Shown in pieces: positions 62,401 to 64,000 of a DNA stretch of 64,000 nt (positions within the stretch are counted from its first letter, which is position 1; each line of letters starts with the position of its first letter). Source of the stretch: Octopus sinensis (lineage: Eukaryota); contig NC_043003.1 of assembly GCF_006345805.1 (NCBI RefSeq), positions 38,130,001 through 38,194,000 on the forward strand. Reading direction: 5' to 3'. Both the position numbers and the translations under genes were made by a program. The notes beneath the pieces were generated by a model. That model worked only from the letters and a program-made list of their open reading frames with translations. It was not told where the DNA came from and made no database searches.

Positions 62401-64000
62401 TGAGAATGTCTTCGTTTTGGTAGCATGGCTGAAAAGAGTGAACGATTAAGGAAAATATAAGATGGAAGACATAGCAATTTGAAGTTGTGCATTGTATAGT
62501 TTGATTTTTAGTAACGAATGGAAAGATGCGGAAAAATGCATATGTCAATTGGTATACCATTATTTTGAGAAGAAGCGGTAAACTGAATGATTTGACTATG
62601 CTGTCTTGATAAGCGTAATGTATTCTCTTAGCTGATATGTAGTGGAATGGATTACTGGTGTAATGGAAGTTATTGTTTGTCCAGAAGTGAAGTGGATGGG
62701 GGTAGGGGTACAATTTGCATGAAAGTGATTTATGTTCTTAAGAAGGATCACAAACTATGTACTGTTTCATGGAATAACGAGGGGTTAATATGATTTTGAC
62801 TAGAAACCTTGTTTTCAAAATTATAATTTCCCCCTCCCCGCCGAAATTCCCTAATTTTTAAACTATTTTTCGAATTTTGTTTTTTATGCACGTAGAAAAA
62901 TACAGATATTACGAATGTGGGAAATATAATTTGATTTGGAAAATTAAATTTTTCTGAAAGAAATACCGAATGCCCCTTCCCCCACCTCGGCCGTGCAAAT
63001 CTCCTGTATGAAAAACATAGGAAAGTGAGTAAATTGAGGAAAGAAATACGTGAGATGGGTACGCAAATATCTCGGACATGCTAGAAACAACAGGTAAAGG
63101 ACAGGGTTTCTGAGATAACTTCCTTGTAAGTTTAAATGTAAGATCAGGTCTTGAAATAAGCTCCTCACAAACAGGAATGACAGAATAGGAAATGGTAATT
63201 TCTATATGATTTGAGCTGTAATTTAGCGCACAGCAAAAAATAACATAATTCACACAGAACTTAAACTCTGTGTGTGGGGGGGACGGCAAAGGAAGTTATT
63301 TTTGCATACCTTTCTTAATTCCAAAAGAAGGAAATGTAGTGAAGTTGTTAACAGTAGAAGGTTTCCATACATTATAATGAGAAATTGAAAGAGATAATGC
63401 CTAATTCTACGCACGCGTGAAACAGGACGAAAGTGAAAATGACCTTAAAATTGTACGACGCGACCTCATTTCTGGGGTTCTCGGCGTCCCCTTCTCTCCT
63501 TCTTTCCCCCTTTCTTTGTGTCGCTTTCTTTCTTCACATATAGAACATACAGTATCAATTCTGTGTTGGCTTTCTTTCACTTTCAACTGTAGAACGTACA
63601 TAGGGTATGAAACATCAGCGTCTGTCTCTCACCCGCCACGAAGTCGTTCAACTTCTATAGAAGCTAGTTTTCCGTCTCTGTTTCTTTCTCTTGTCTGTCT
63701 GTCTGTCTTTTTCTCATTCTGCGTTTCACTCGGTCATTCCGTAAAAAGATGTATGTACGTGTGTATGAAATGCGCGCGCGCGTGTGTGTGTGTGTGTGTG
63801 TGTGTTAGAGAGGGAGAGAGAGAGAGGGGTCGATAAAATAAGTACCAGTTGAGCAATAGGGTCGATGCAACTGATTTACTTCATTCCCTGAAATTGCTGG
63901 TCTTGACCCAAAAGTTTGAATTCAATAATTATAACGGCCTATTGGCACTAAAAGAAGCACGAACAAAGAAAAAAAAATCTTCGCATTATTTTCCTCTGAT

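Overview
AT-rich, microsatellite- and transposon-dense eukaryotic DNA. The SINE, RTE and MITE families and (TA)n/(TATG)n/(CA)n content point to an octopus genome (inference). Host genes: (1) a complete three-coding-exon CABIT-domain gene (Themis/GAREM/Serrano family) on + at 41364-56922, 404 aa, with all splice phases compatible; (2) a minus-strand polyproline exon ending in a possible WH2-like start (6496-6719), from a gene whose other exons I could not place. The rest is mostly mobile DNA: an apparently intact Merlin (IS1595/ISXO2-like) transposon with 53-bp TIRs, an 8-bp TSD and inverted subterminal arrays; Helitron Rep and helicase relics plus seven Helitron 3' termini; CR1-like, L1/Tx1-like, RTE, R4-like and Penelope relics; mariner, hAT and piggyBac relics; MITEs and tRNA-derived SINEs. 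The most unusual signal is two minus-strand copies of the exact 5' end of 18S rRNA. One replaces the tRNA head of a SINE; the other sits inside an RTE relic. No database search was possible, so family assignments rest on motif recognition and minor repeat boundaries are approximate.
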